A stretch of 64,000 nt of DNA from Promethearchaeota archaeon (GTDB lineage Archaea > Asgardarchaeota > Lokiarchaeia > Sigyniarchaeales > SOKP01): NCBI GenBank assembly GCA_011364975.1, contig RDOE01000003.1:1-64000 (forward strand). The letters are read 5' to 3'. The translations under genes were made by a program, and so were the position numbers. How positions within the stretch are numbered: the first letter of the stretch is position 1; each line of letters starts with the position of its first letter. Under the pieces are notes generated by a model. That model was not told the origin of the DNA, ran no database searches, and was given only the letters and a program-made list of their open reading frames with translations. This document shows, one piece after another, positions 1 through 9,917 of this stretch.

Positions 1-135
1 AAGAATGAAATGGTTTTGGTTGGAAAAACACTCCAATTTTTTTCCAGTTAATTCTATTAATGCTGTTTTCCGGCTTTAAGTTAGCTTTAAATACTTTTTT
101 TTAAAAATAAAGTAAATAAAGAGAAAATTGGAATT

Positions 136-318
136 ATGATTCGTTGTGAATTTTGCGGAGTTTTTATTGAGAACAAAGAATTAGATCGGCATTATAAAGT
201 AACTTTGGGTGATCTAGTCTCAGGAAAATTCTATGGAAAAAAGCACATTTATTACCATAGAGAATGTTTAGATGTCTTAAAGAAAGCAAACAGAGAACAA
301 ATTTCACAAATTCACTAA
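136..318 (+). CDS. small putative Zn-binding protein
   Basis: 60 aa with N-terminal CEFC and distal YHREC (CxxC...HxxC, treble-clef-like); AT-rich TTTAAATA box upstream. Confidence 0.6.
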   Translation: MIRCEFCGVFIENKELDRHYKVTLGDLVSGKFYGKKHIYYHRECLDVLKKANREQISQIH

Positions 319-384
319 ATACTACACTACTTTTTTGCAAAAGAATTTAATAATGTTAATGAGATATATTTCGTAGTTATATCA

Positions 385-1590
385 TTATAAGTAGAGATAA
401 CCTTGGTGATTACCTTTAGTACTTAACCTTAAACTTCCTAAAAGGATTTTTTTGACTTCAATTTGTTCTTTATAACTCATATCTGAATATAACAATATAT
501 AATTCTTTTCAATATTTATAATGAAAAGAAGACCAATTTTAATCATTTTAGAGTCTTCCGTCATAAGAGAAATAATAACGTAATGATAAGGTAGCGTAAT
601 CAAGCTGTTTTTATTAATCTCTACTTCCATGAGATTATCATTTTCTTTATTATAATCGGATTTAACAAATTTAATTCCGTCTAAAGGTATCGTGATCTTC
701 CTATAAGTTTCTAAAACCTTTGCAAATTGACTTTGGCGTAGGAATCGTCTTTCTTCTTTATCTTTTTCATAGAAATATTTATTTTTTTGCTTTAGATGAA
801 GAATTTTCCTATGTTTTGATTTCGAAGCATCCTTTTCAATCTCCTTTAATTCTTCTACTGTATCATCGTCAAATATGATTAAAATATCCGGATCAACATT
901 ATTAATAAAAAAAGTTTTGTAAACAATTCCTGCTTCCGTTTTAATCCAGCCATCCGTGTCAATTAGTATAAAATCTGTATCTTTATGCCTTTTATTATAA
1001 TTTTCAATTAGTTCCTTGCATGAATGAGATACAATGTATTTAAAATTAGATTTTGGGAACGTGCTGCCAATGAATATAGTTTCTTCAGTTTCAATATCAG
1101 CACTCGAAACTATAGAATTCTTTATTTTTCCTATATTTAAAGTAGTAGGAAGATACATCAACTGCTGGCCAAGATCTGAGTCTAAATATCCTCCTTTTAA
1201 GCCTTCTCTTAAGAAATTATTAGCTAAATATTTGATAAGGGTAGTTTTTCCACTACTAATTCCTAAGACCATAATTTTGAGAGGATTATTGTTGCTTCTT
1301 TTTTTAATCTCAGATAATATTTTATCCTTGGCATTTTTCCACTCCTCATTAATGGTATTTTCTTCAATATAGGTTATATTTTCTTTATTATTGGAAAAAA
1401 TTTCAATCTCTGATGTCTCAAGAGCATATAAGGGATATAAATGGGCACTAGGAACAACAAGCACGTTTTCCTCTTCTTTTTTATTTGGATTGAAATATTT
1501 ACCAAATACTTCAAGTTTTCCCTTCAATAATTCGACTCTAGAAGGGCCTTTCACTAATATAGTGTGTCCTTTCTCAGCATTATGTATCAT
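385..1590 (-). CDS. Clp1/Grc3/Nol9-family polynucleotide 5'-hydroxyl kinase
   Basis: P-loop GISSGKTT, DSDLGQ and IDTDGW motifs, ERRFLR lid, N-terminal beta domain (LVKGPSRVELLKG). Confidence 0.85.
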   Translation of the reverse strand: MIHNAEKGHTILVKGPSRVELLKGKLEVFGKYFNPNKKEEENVLVVPSAHLYPLYALETSEIEIFSNNKENITYIEENTINEEWKNAKDKILSEIKKRSNNNPLKIMVLGISSGKTTLIKYLANNFLREGLKGGYLDSDLGQQLMYLPTTLNIGKIKNSIVSSADIETEETIFIGSTFPKSNFKYIVSHSCKELIENYNKRHKDTDFILIDTDGWIKTEAGIVYKTFFINNVDPDILIIFDDDTVEELKEIEKDASKSKHRKILHLKQKNKYFYEKDKEERRFLRQSQFAKVLETYRKITIPLDGIKFVKSDYNKENDNLMEVEINKNSLITLPYHYVIISLMTEDSKMIKIGLLFIINIEKNYILLYSDMSYKEQIEVKKILLGSLRLSTKGNHQGYLYL

Positions 1591-1688
1591 ATGTAACCCA
1601 GTTTAGCTTTTCTAATAAAATAATACACTATTTTATACTATCATTATATAGTTATTAACTAAAAGAAAAATACTTTTCTTTTCAGAAA

Positions 1689-2132
1689 TTAAATTTTTAA
1701 TTCATATATATGTAATACTTCTTGAAAACCCAATTTAGTAAATAAAATTTGTGCAACCTTATCTACATTTTGTTTTAATGCTAATCTAATTGATGTGATA
1801 TGATTACTTTTTAAATAATCAATCATATGGCGCATAAGTTCTTCACCAATTCCCAACCTTCTGCTCTCCTCTTTAACAATCAAATTTGTAATATAGCCAA
1901 ACCGATCACCATTCTCTGATGTTCTTATTGAACAATTTCCCATACCTAAAATTGAATTTGTCTCATCATCAATTGCAACTAGAATCTCTGTGTTTGAATT
2001 TCTACTCATTTGTTCAATTAGACTAATTCTCCATCTTTCCTCATCAAATTCTTGTCCTCTTAATTGACATAGATTTTTCATGAGTAATGTTATTTCATCA
2101 ATATCCCTATTGGTCAATTCCCTAATTTTCAT
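1689..2132 (-). CDS. GNAT-family N-acetyltransferase
   Basis: motif A LIVKEESRRLGIGEELM and C-terminal LFTKLGF. Confidence 0.9.
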   Translation of the reverse strand: MKIRELTNRDIDEITLLMKNLCQLRGQEFDEERWRISLIEQMSRNSNTEILVAIDDETNSILGMGNCSIRTSENGDRFGYITNLIVKEESRRLGIGEELMRHMIDYLKSNHITSIRLALKQNVDKVAQILFTKLGFQEVLHIYELKI

Positions 2133-2223
2133 TCTTTTAAATTTAAAATAATATCGAAACCATTATTTAAGAATAAACTATTAAAAATTTGATATATAAT
2201 TTTCGGATGTAGAATAAAAAATG

Positions 2224-2988
2224 TTATAGCGCAATATCACGTATGAACTTATTAAGTTCTTTTACAATCTGCAAATGATCAGGACAGTTTAAAATTGAAT
2301 GGTCATTATTTTCGAGCCAAACCTTCCTTTTTTTGATAGAATTAATCCTTTTATAAATTTCTTCCATACTTTCTTTATTGATCTGGGTATCTTTCTTCCC
2401 CTGAAATATTAAAATTGGACTTTTAATCTCCGGTAAAATAGCTTTCAGCTCCTTTAATAATAACTTAGTTTTTTTAAGCACGTTTAAAGGAATTTTATCA
2501 TAACCCACCCATTCTCCATTAGTCTCTTCTTTAAATTTTTCTGAAGGAATCTTATGGTATTTCATAAAAGGCTTAATAATCGGTACTAATTTTACCCCTA
2601 TTCCTCTTATTCCGATTGGTGTACTAATAATAAACATACCGTTAACCTTAAATTGAGCTGCTAATAATAAAGAAAAAATCCCTCCCATAGAATGACCCCC
2701 TACAATGATAGTAGAACAGGTTTCCTTTAGGGTATTATATTCCTTTATTAAGGCTCTTTTCCATATATCGATAGTGACACGCCTTAAATCTTCGGGCTTA
2801 GTTCCAAAACCTGGTAATAAGGGAATATGAATCGTAAACTTATTTTCTTTATAGATATCCTCTGCTAATGGTTTTAAATCAGCACAAGTTCCTCCACCAC
2901 CACCAGGAATCATTAAAATTCCAATATGGTTTCCTTTATAATGAAAGGGACCTGCTCCCGGTAAAAATTGATTAATCGTATTATTCAT
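2224..2988 (-). CDS. alpha/beta hydrolase (carboxylesterase / monoacylglycerol lipase-like)
   Basis: nucleophile elbow GHSMGG, QGKKD acid, NDH histidine, LPGFGT motif. Confidence 0.85.
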   Translation of the reverse strand: MNNTINQFLPGAGPFHYKGNHIGILMIPGGGGGTCADLKPLAEDIYKENKFTIHIPLLPGFGTKPEDLRRVTIDIWKRALIKEYNTLKETCSTIIVGGHSMGGIFSLLLAAQFKVNGMFIISTPIGIRGIGVKLVPIIKPFMKYHKIPSEKFKEETNGEWVGYDKIPLNVLKKTKLLLKELKAILPEIKSPILIFQGKKDTQINKESMEEIYKRINSIKKRKVWLENNDHSILNCPDHLQIVKELNKFIRDIAL

Positions 2989-3039
2989 AAAGGATTACCT
3001 AGTTATTTTTTAGTGATATTAAAAATAAAGAAAAAAAGT

Positions 3040-3567
3040 TCATTTTTTAAATTGTTTATAGCATGGAATGCACATATTACTATTCTGATAATTCATGATG
3101 CGACTACTCATTGTAAGTTCTCCACAAACTTCACATGGGACCGAATCTTCTATGGTTGCCATACTGGGAGGATCATACTCTACTTCTTTAATGGTAAATA
3201 TTTGTTCTGGTTCTAAACTCAATAATTTTTGAATTTTTTCATCTCTTGAAAGTTTTTTATCTTCGAAAATTGATGGTTTTAATGAAAGTCTTATTGCTTT
3301 TTGTTTCCTCCTACTATATAAGGTATAATTATTTTTACCATAATCATGATGAATTAGATTTCCTTTACCATAAGTGGTACTAAGTATCGCTTGTAATGCA
3401 TCCACACTACAATTATTTGTTTCAACTACCGCAACTAATTCTTCATCAGGAGAGTGCTCAAATCCATATTTAAGGAAAAATTTTGCAGCTAGCACACCAA
3501 TTGCCACCCCAGGACATAAATGTCCATGAAACATAGTGGCTTTTTTCATTAAATCTTTGGTTTCCAT
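3040..3567 (-). CDS. FmdE/FwdE family protein with C-terminal Zn finger
   Basis: FHGHLCPG, CSVDALQ, TYGKGNL and CEVCGE...CIPC. Confidence 0.9.
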   Translation of the reverse strand: METKDLMKKATMFHGHLCPGVAIGVLAAKFFLKYGFEHSPDEELVAVVETNNCSVDALQAILSTTYGKGNLIHHDYGKNNYTLYSRRKQKAIRLSLKPSIFEDKKLSRDEKIQKLLSLEPEQIFTIKEVEYDPPSMATIEDSVPCEVCGELTMSSRIMNYQNSNMCIPCYKQFKK

Positions 3568-3651
3568 GTCTTATCAATTAATAAATGTAGATACAATAAA
3601 CTTCTCTAAATATATTATTTATATGAAGATTTAAATATATTTATAATAATC

Positions 3652-4146
3652 ATGAAATTTTTAGTTGATGCGATGCTAGGGAAGCTCGCTAGATTTTTAC
3701 GAATTTTTGGTTATGATACTATCTATGCTAATGATTTGATACCATATTATAATATAGATCCAGTACCTGATGAAAAATTATTAGAATATGCTTTAGACAG
3801 TAGAAGAACTATTATTACTAAAGATCTTGCTTTTTATTTAAAAATAAAAGATAATGCTATTTTTCTTGAAGGGGCGGGAGTATACAATTACTTAAAACAA
3901 CTTAAATTAAAACTAAATTTAGAATATAATTTCCAAATTGAGCACGGTAGATGTTCTGTATGCAATAGTTCTTTGGTAAAAGTTTCAGATAAAAGTTCAA
4001 TAAAAGATCAAATCAAACCAGAAAGTTTCAGAAACTATTCCGATTTTTATCAGTGCTCAAATAAAGAATGTAGTCAAATATTCTGGGAGGGGCCTCATAT
4101 CACGGATATAGTTGCGAAAATAAAGAAAATAATTGATTATAAATGA
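3652..4146 (+). CDS. Mut7-C RNase (PIN-like) domain protein
   Basis: KFLVDAMLGKLARFLRIFGYDT, RCSVCN and CSNKEC..IFWEGPH. Confidence 0.9.
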   Translation: MKFLVDAMLGKLARFLRIFGYDTIYANDLIPYYNIDPVPDEKLLEYALDSRRTIITKDLAFYLKIKDNAIFLEGAGVYNYLKQLKLKLNLEYNFQIEHGRCSVCNSSLVKVSDKSSIKDQIKPESFRNYSDFYQCSNKECSQIFWEGPHITDIVAKIKKIIDYK

Positions 4147-4150
4147 TCTT

Positions 4151-4378
4151 TTATTTATTTAAATAATTTAATTTAATATCATTAAATTTTAATTTGACCT
4201 TTTCTGCCTCTTCTTTCGCTCCTCCTTTCTCAAACATAGTATGGGCTTGAGATAGGAGTTCAAGGCATTTTCTATATTCCTTATTTTTAAAATGATTCTC
4301 TGAAAGTTCCACTAGATAATGCCCTTTTTTGACATAAAATTCAATAAATTGTCCAGAAGTATCTATTTTTTCGCTCAT
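4151..4378 (-). CDS. small TPR-like helical hypothetical protein
   Basis: helical repeat pattern (EYRKCLELLSQAHTMFEKGG); start placed at MSEKID rather than the upstream ATG at 4429. Confidence 0.55.
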   Translation of the reverse strand: MSEKIDTSGQFIEFYVKKGHYLVELSENHFKNKEYRKCLELLSQAHTMFEKGGAKEEAEKVKLKFNDIKLNYLNK

Positions 4379-4457
4379 TACATCAATTTCAAAAAAAAAT
4401 TCCTTTATATGTATCTTAGAAAATAGCATTAAATAAAATTATCTAAAAATTTTAAGC

Positions 4458-5897
4458 TTATAATTTTTCTGCCTTTTCTCGAAATAACTTCATTTGAATA
4501 ACTTGGCCGGATAATCGAGAACTATGTGCAGCAAAAGCCATTAGGTGACTTTCTAAAATTGCTCGTGCATTAGTTAATGGTTGAGATTTATCTTTATCAA
4601 GGACATTATCTAAAAAGGCAGAAATTAGTAGATCATCTCCGCCTCCATGAGCTTTTGTATTTAATGTTAAATCTTTAGTAAATATAATTTTTTCTTCTCC
4701 ATTATAATGATCATTTATAGTTATCTTCTGACCGCAATCCCTAAATTCTCCGAATAATGTTCCTCTTGTCCCGTCAATCCTTAAAGTTCTGCCTTCACGT
4801 TCACTAAATCCATGCATTATTAACGTAGCAGTTGCACCGTTCATAAACTCTATATTAACTACTTGATGATCGACAACATCGTTATCACATTTATATACGC
4901 ACCTACCATAAGGGCTTGACCTTAAAATTTCCATCTTTGCTCCATCAGAAAAATCTTCTCTCTCGTATGCATCTTGACCGAAATATAACGGCTCTACAGG
5001 CCATTCCCTCCAATAAGTTAAACTATTCAATGGTTTAATAACTTTAGAAAGGTATTTCAACCATATCTTATGCTCTTTTCTTAAATTAGCTAGAAATCTT
5101 AATCCTCTATTATTACTGTACTTCATTATCTGAAGAATAGGAGCAATATCAATATAAATCCTTGGAGCATAATATAAACAGGAGTTTTCGATTGGACAAC
5201 CCTCTATACAGTAATTTGGAGCACTTTTTGGGGCATTATTATGAGTAAAATGTAATAAACTTCCAAATGAGCTTATCTTCTTTGGTAAGGCTCCTATCAT
5301 CCAATATAATAAATCAAGGTCATGACAACATTTTGCTAATATCATAGGAGAAGATTGTGCTTGATTCCTCCAATTTCCTCTTACAAACGAATGAGCCATA
5401 TGATACCAGCTAACATTTTCGCTATGGGAAATATTCACGATCTCTCCCAGCACCTTATTTCGAATAAGTTCAGTTATTTTCGAAAAAAAGTCAGTATATC
5501 TTAATACATGACCGATACCTAATATACGTCCTGTGTTTTCTGCACATTTTACAATTTTTATACACCCTTCTAAAGTATTAGCCATTGGTTTTTCCAATAA
5601 TACATCATAACCTTTCTTTAAAGCTCGAATGGTTGGTTCAATATGCATTTGGTCTTGAGTACAAATAAACGCAATGTTAGCTAGTTGTTCCTTTTCAAGT
5701 AGATCTGTCCAACTATCAAAACATGATTTTAAGGGTATATTATGTAATCTGGCAAAATGCTCCCTTCGGCTTTTAATTGGCTCTGCTACTGCAACAAATT
5801 TTAATCTATTAGGATAATTTAAGGCGTATTGACCATAAACGGTCATACCTCTATTACCTGCTCCGCATAAAATTGCGCTTATCGGATGATTTATTAT
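4458..5897 (-). CDS. Gfo/Idh/MocA family NAD(P)-dependent oxidoreductase (start probably ATA at 5897)
   Basis: EKPMA and KCCHDLD motifs; the Rossmann motif AILCGAGNRG lies in frame upstream of the ATG at 5846. Confidence 0.85.
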   Translation of the reverse strand: MINHPISAILCGAGNRGMTVYGQYALNYPNRLKFVAVAEPIKSRREHFARLHNIPLKSCFDSWTDLLEKEQLANIAFICTQDQMHIEPTIRALKKGYDVLLEKPMANTLEGCIKIVKCAENTGRILGIGHVLRYTDFFSKITELIRNKVLGEIVNISHSENVSWYHMAHSFVRGNWRNQAQSSPMILAKCCHDLDLLYWMIGALPKKISSFGSLLHFTHNNAPKSAPNYCIEGCPIENSCLYYAPRIYIDIAPILQIMKYSNNRGLRFLANLRKEHKIWLKYLSKVIKPLNSLTYWREWPVEPLYFGQDAYEREDFSDGAKMEILRSSPYGRCVYKCDNDVVDHQVVNIEFMNGATATLIMHGFSEREGRTLRIDGTRGTLFGEFRDCGQKITINDHYNGEEKIIFTKDLTLNTKAHGGGDDLLISAFLDNVLDKDKSQPLTNARAILESHLMAFAAHSSRLSGQVIQMKLFREKAEKL

Positions 5898-5898
5898 A

Positions 5899-7026
5899 TC
5901 AGAACACCTCTTTGCAATTAGAGGTATTTATTTTACCTGATTTCAGTAATTCATCTAATATCACTATAGCTGCCATTGCCTCAACGATAACAACGGCTCT
6001 TGGCACAATGCAAGGATCATGGCGCCCTTCCAATTTTAAATCCACTCCTTTCATAACCTTAATATTTATTGTTTTTTGTACCTTACCTATTGAAGCGGTG
6101 GGTTTTACAGCAACAGTAAATTCTATAGGCATCCCTGTAGAAAGTCCTCCAATTATTCCTCCCGCGTCATTTTTTGATGTTATAATTTTATTTTGGTATA
6201 TAATCCATGGATCATTATGTTCTGATCCTCTCATAGATGCAGCTTTGAAACCAATCCCGAACTCAATCCCTTTAATAGCTGGTATAGAAAACATTGCCTT
6301 ACTGATATTTGATTCTAGACTGCCAAAAATTGGACTCCCTATTCCAGGAGGCACATTATTTATTATACATTTAATTGTGCCTCCGATCGAGTCATTCTCT
6401 TTTTTCACGGTTTCAATTTCATTTATCATCTCATTTGATAGAACCAAATTTAGCGCATTCACAGGGGAGCTATCCCGTAATGCGATTAATTTATTCATAT
6501 TTTCACAAGAGTATTGTTGATTATCCCAGACATTACCAATACTTTTCGTATAAGCAAACGGAATAATTCCATAATCTTTTAAAATCATTTTTGCTAATGC
6601 TCCCGCTATTACATATCCTACTGTGATTCTCCCCGAAAATCGTCCTGATCCACGATAATCAGCAAAACCTTTATATTTGACATAAGCAGGATAATCAGCA
6701 TGTGAGGGCCTGATAATATCTTTAATCTTTTCATAATGGAAGGACTTAACATCTTCATTTCTCACAATTATGGATAATGGCGCACCTGTAGTGCTATTAT
6801 TAAACACGCCCGATAAAATTTCAAATTCATCTGGTTCCATACGTGATGAAGTTAAATTTGAAAGTCCAGGTCTCCTCTTATTCAATTCATTCTGAATAAA
6901 ATTTTTATCGATGTTCAGACCAGGAGGTACTCCATCAATTACAACCCCGACTATTCTCCCATGACTTTCTCCAAAAGAAGTTATTCTAAAAATAGTACCA
7001 AAAGAATTATCAGTCATAATAATCAA
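5899..7026 (-). CDS. aroC: chorismate synthase
   Basis: GESHG, RPSHAD, GRFSGR and GRHDPC signatures. Confidence 0.97.
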   Translation of the reverse strand: MIIMTDNSFGTIFRITSFGESHGRIVGVVIDGVPPGLNIDKNFIQNELNKRRPGLSNLTSSRMEPDEFEILSGVFNNSTTGAPLSIIVRNEDVKSFHYEKIKDIIRPSHADYPAYVKYKGFADYRGSGRFSGRITVGYVIAGALAKMILKDYGIIPFAYTKSIGNVWDNQQYSCENMNKLIALRDSSPVNALNLVLSNEMINEIETVKKENDSIGGTIKCIINNVPPGIGSPIFGSLESNISKAMFSIPAIKGIEFGIGFKAASMRGSEHNDPWIIYQNKIITSKNDAGGIIGGLSTGMPIEFTVAVKPTASIGKVQKTINIKVMKGVDLKLEGRHDPCIVPRAVVIVEAMAAIVILDELLKSGKINTSNCKEVF

Positions 7027-7220
7027 CTCATTATAAAGTTGTTAAATTAATCAATAGTATAAGTAAAAATAAATTATTATACTCATTCTTTCTATTATTT
7101 TTTTTCTTGTATCAGTATATTTAAGACAAATTTTATGATATATTAATATATTAACTTTACATAAGTATATCACGAAACTTTTATTCCTATTTAAAACAAT
7201 TTAAAAAGAAGGAGAATCAA

Positions 7221-8543
7221 TTGGAAATTAAAATTAAGCCAACGATTAAGTTAAATGGGGATATTAGAGCCCCGCCTTCGAAAAGTTACTCTCATCGAGC
7301 TTTTATGGCTTCAAGTTTAGCAGACGGAGTATCAGTTATTAAAAATGCTTTAGTTGGAGGAGATGTTGAGATCACAATCAAGATATTAAAGAAACTAGGA
7401 GTACATATCTCTAAAGTATCTGAAAATAATTACATGGTTAAAGGATTAGGTGGTATATTCAAACCGTGTAAAGAAGTTGTTGATATTGGAAATTCAGGTA
7501 CGTCTATTAGGATTTTTAGTGCATTAGCTTTACTAGTTGAAGGAGGTTTACAATTTACAGGAGTATTTTTTGAAAGAAAAAGACCCATAATACCACTGCT
7601 CGAAGCTCTTATAAAATGGGGAGGTTCTTATAATATAAATGCCGGATTATTGTCTATTAAGAGAAAAAAGGGCAAATGCAATGATGTAGAGATAAGAGGG
7701 GATGTAAGTTCCCAATTTATCACTGCATTATTAATGGTTGGTCCTCTAATCTCTTGTAAAAAAATTAACCATCTAACGCTCAATATTATATCCCCTTTAA
7801 TATCTTATCCCTATATAGCTATTACTTTAAAAGTCTTAAAGCATTATGGTATAAATATACAGGAACAGATAAATGACAAGAGGTTAGGAAAATACATAAT
7901 ACCTTGTCAGCAATACTATAGAGCTCAGAATTTTATAATCCCGGGAGATTTTTCTTCAGTTTCTTATATCATAGCTGCTGGCGTTTTAAGTTTTGATGAC
8001 TCATTGATAACTATATCCAATTTAGATTTTAATAGTCCTCAAGGCGATAAAAGATTAATTGAGATTTTGCAAGATATGGGCGCTCAAATTGAAATGAATA
8101 AAGAAAAAGGAATTTTAATAATTAAAGGAAATTTAAGGAAAAATCCGTTAAAAGGATTAGATATCAATATTCAAGATAACCCTGATTTATTTCCAATTCT
8201 TGCAGTAATTGGGGTATTCGCGATTGGAAAAACCTCCCTTTATAACGCAAAAAGTTTAAGGTATAAAGAAAGTGATAGAATTTCTATTATGGCTCGAGAA
8301 TTAAAAAAGATGGGTGTAAATGTTGAGGAAAGTGAAGATGGATTAACTATACATCATTGCACTGAGTTAAAGGGAATAGAGGTATTACATGAGAATGATC
8401 ATAGAATAGCTATGGCTTTAACAATAGCAAATCTATATGCTATGACAAATTCAAAAATTGAACGGATCGATATCGTTCAAGATTCATATCCCTCTTTTAT
8501 AAGCGATCTTATAAAATTGGGGGCATCGATAGAAATTATTTAA
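7221..8543 (+). CDS. aroA: 3-phosphoshikimate 1-carboxyvinyltransferase (EPSP synthase)
   Basis: PPSKSYSHR, GNSGTSIR, SSQF, KESDRI, DHRIAM; TTG start after AAGGAG. Confidence 0.97.
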   Translation: MEIKIKPTIKLNGDIRAPPSKSYSHRAFMASSLADGVSVIKNALVGGDVEITIKILKKLGVHISKVSENNYMVKGLGGIFKPCKEVVDIGNSGTSIRIFSALALLVEGGLQFTGVFFERKRPIIPLLEALIKWGGSYNINAGLLSIKRKKGKCNDVEIRGDVSSQFITALLMVGPLISCKKINHLTLNIISPLISYPYIAITLKVLKHYGINIQEQINDKRLGKYIIPCQQYYRAQNFIIPGDFSSVSYIIAAGVLSFDDSLITISNLDFNSPQGDKRLIEILQDMGAQIEMNKEKGILIIKGNLRKNPLKGLDINIQDNPDLFPILAVIGVFAIGKTSLYNAKSLRYKESDRISIMARELKKMGVNVEESEDGLTIHHCTELKGIEVLHENDHRIAMALTIANLYAMTNSKIERIDIVQDSYPSFISDLIKLGASIEII

Positions 8544-8559
8544 ATATGTTAAAAAAGAT

Positions 8560-8976
8560 TTATCTGAAAGACTTTTGTCTTCTTTTTCGAGCTTTCGATC
8601 CACCAAAATGTTTAGGTTCGGTTCTTCTTGAATCTCCTGAAAGTAATGACTCATCATATTCTCTTAATGTTTTCTCTATCGTTTTTGTGCCAAGAAATTT
8701 ATTAATTAATTTTGCGATTGCAATTCGTACCGCATTAGTTTGGCCCATTTTACCGCCACCTTCTACATTTATGATAATATTACACTTATCAAGCTTAGGG
8801 TGTCCAATAACTTCTAAGACTTCTTGTATTCTCAATCTTGCAATTTCAGGCTCATATAGGGCTAAGGGGACATTATTAATTTTTACCTGGCCTTTAGAAG
8901 GATAACGTAAAACTGCTCGTGCAATTGCTGTTTTTCGTTTACCTGCTGCTTGAATAACCTTACTTTTTTCTGACAT
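8560..8976 (-). CDS. rps9: 30S ribosomal protein S9 (uS9)
   Basis: GKRKTAIARA, GGGKMGQ, C-terminal KARKRRQKSFR. Confidence 0.97.
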   Translation of the reverse strand: MSEKSKVIQAAGKRKTAIARAVLRYPSKGQVKINNVPLALYEPEIARLRIQEVLEVIGHPKLDKCNIIINVEGGGKMGQTNAVRIAIAKLINKFLGTKTIEKTLREYDESLLSGDSRRTEPKHFGGSKARKRRQKSFR

Positions 8977-8981
8977 TTTGA

Positions 8982-9452
8982 TTACACCTCTATAGTTTTG
9001 TTATTCCATCCAATTCTCATACAAAGATTTTCTAAAGTAATATATTTATTATAATAGGAAAGTCTAGTTCTTTCTGCATTTGGGATTTCTTGGGGGATTA
9101 ATTTTTGATATCTTTTTCTAAATCTTTCGGGAATGTCAGCAATATAAACATGGACTCGACTTATAGCTTCCTTGCCTCTAAGTTTTTTTCGGGGTAACAT
9201 TTTCTTTATAACAGCTCGCATAAAAACATCCGGACGTCTTGGCCAGAAAGGACCTCTACGAGGATTTGTAGCTGTACTGATATTTAATTTCGCTAAATAT
9301 TTTTGATGAATATCTTCTTTAGTTCCACTTATAATACAATCTTTAGAATTTATTACGACTATAAGATTTCCTAATAATGCTTTTTTAGCAATTTGGCTGC
9401 AAAATCGACCTAAGATTTTATTTTTTGCATCAAATAATAAGTATTCCTGCAT
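8982..9452 (-). CDS. rpl13: 50S ribosomal protein L13 (uL13)
   Basis: DAKNKILGRFCSQIAK, GPFWPRRPD, MLP; conserved position before rps9. Confidence 0.95.
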   Translation of the reverse strand: MQEYLLFDAKNKILGRFCSQIAKKALLGNLIVVINSKDCIISGTKEDIHQKYLAKLNISTATNPRRGPFWPRRPDVFMRAVIKKMLPRKKLRGKEAISRVHVYIADIPERFRKRYQKLIPQEIPNAERTRLSYYNKYITLENLCMRIGWNNKTIEV

Positions 9453-9483
9453 ATTTTCAACACTTTCTCACTATTATATTAAT

Positions 9484-9840
9484 TCAATAAAATAATTTAA
9501 CATTTTTACCGTCAGGATTTTGCTCTAATAACTCCTCGATTGAAATAAGCTTGCTTCCCGACTTTTCAATTTTATCTTTAGCTGATGTAGAATAATCTAA
9601 ACATGCGATTGTGAGTTTATGATCTAAATCACCTAAAGCTAAAATTTTGCCAGGTATCACTATGGTATCATTTTCCTTAGTTTTTTTATTAATTCGATAT
9701 AAATTAGCTTCAATTCTATTCCTTCTAGGTCCAGATATTTTTTTTGAAACTTGTTTCCAAATTCGTCGCTTAGTTTTCCATAAATCACGTATTAGTTTCC
9801 TTTGATAATAATTGCTTGGACCTGTTATTCGATGGCTCAT
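9484..9840 (-). CDS. rpl18e: 50S ribosomal protein L18e (eL18)
   Basis: NLYRINK, IVIPGKIL, SAKDKIEKSG; position between rpoD and rpl13. Confidence 0.95.
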   Translation of the reverse strand: MSHRITGPSNYYQRKLIRDLWKTKRRIWKQVSKKISGPRRNRIEANLYRINKKTKENDTIVIPGKILALGDLDHKLTIACLDYSTSAKDKIEKSGSKLISIEELLEQNPDGKNVKLFY

Positions 9841-9917
9841 AGTATTTCACTCATTAATTATTAACTCTTGAAATATAAAGTCTTAAATTTATAATATTTT
9901 AATAAATTTTTGATTAT

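Noticed and set aside
3652-4146. Mut7-C PIN RNase as a TA toxin
   Set aside because: No co-oriented antitoxin; stand-alone Mut7-C genes are common in archaea
5873-6566. Antisense or overlapping ORFs in the track (e.g. 1034..1372, 5873..6520, 8546..8905, 20175..20471, 27558..28244, 45185..45583, 53858..54286, 63394..63600)
   Set aside because: They are shadows of well-supported genes on the opposite strand or another frame and lack motifs
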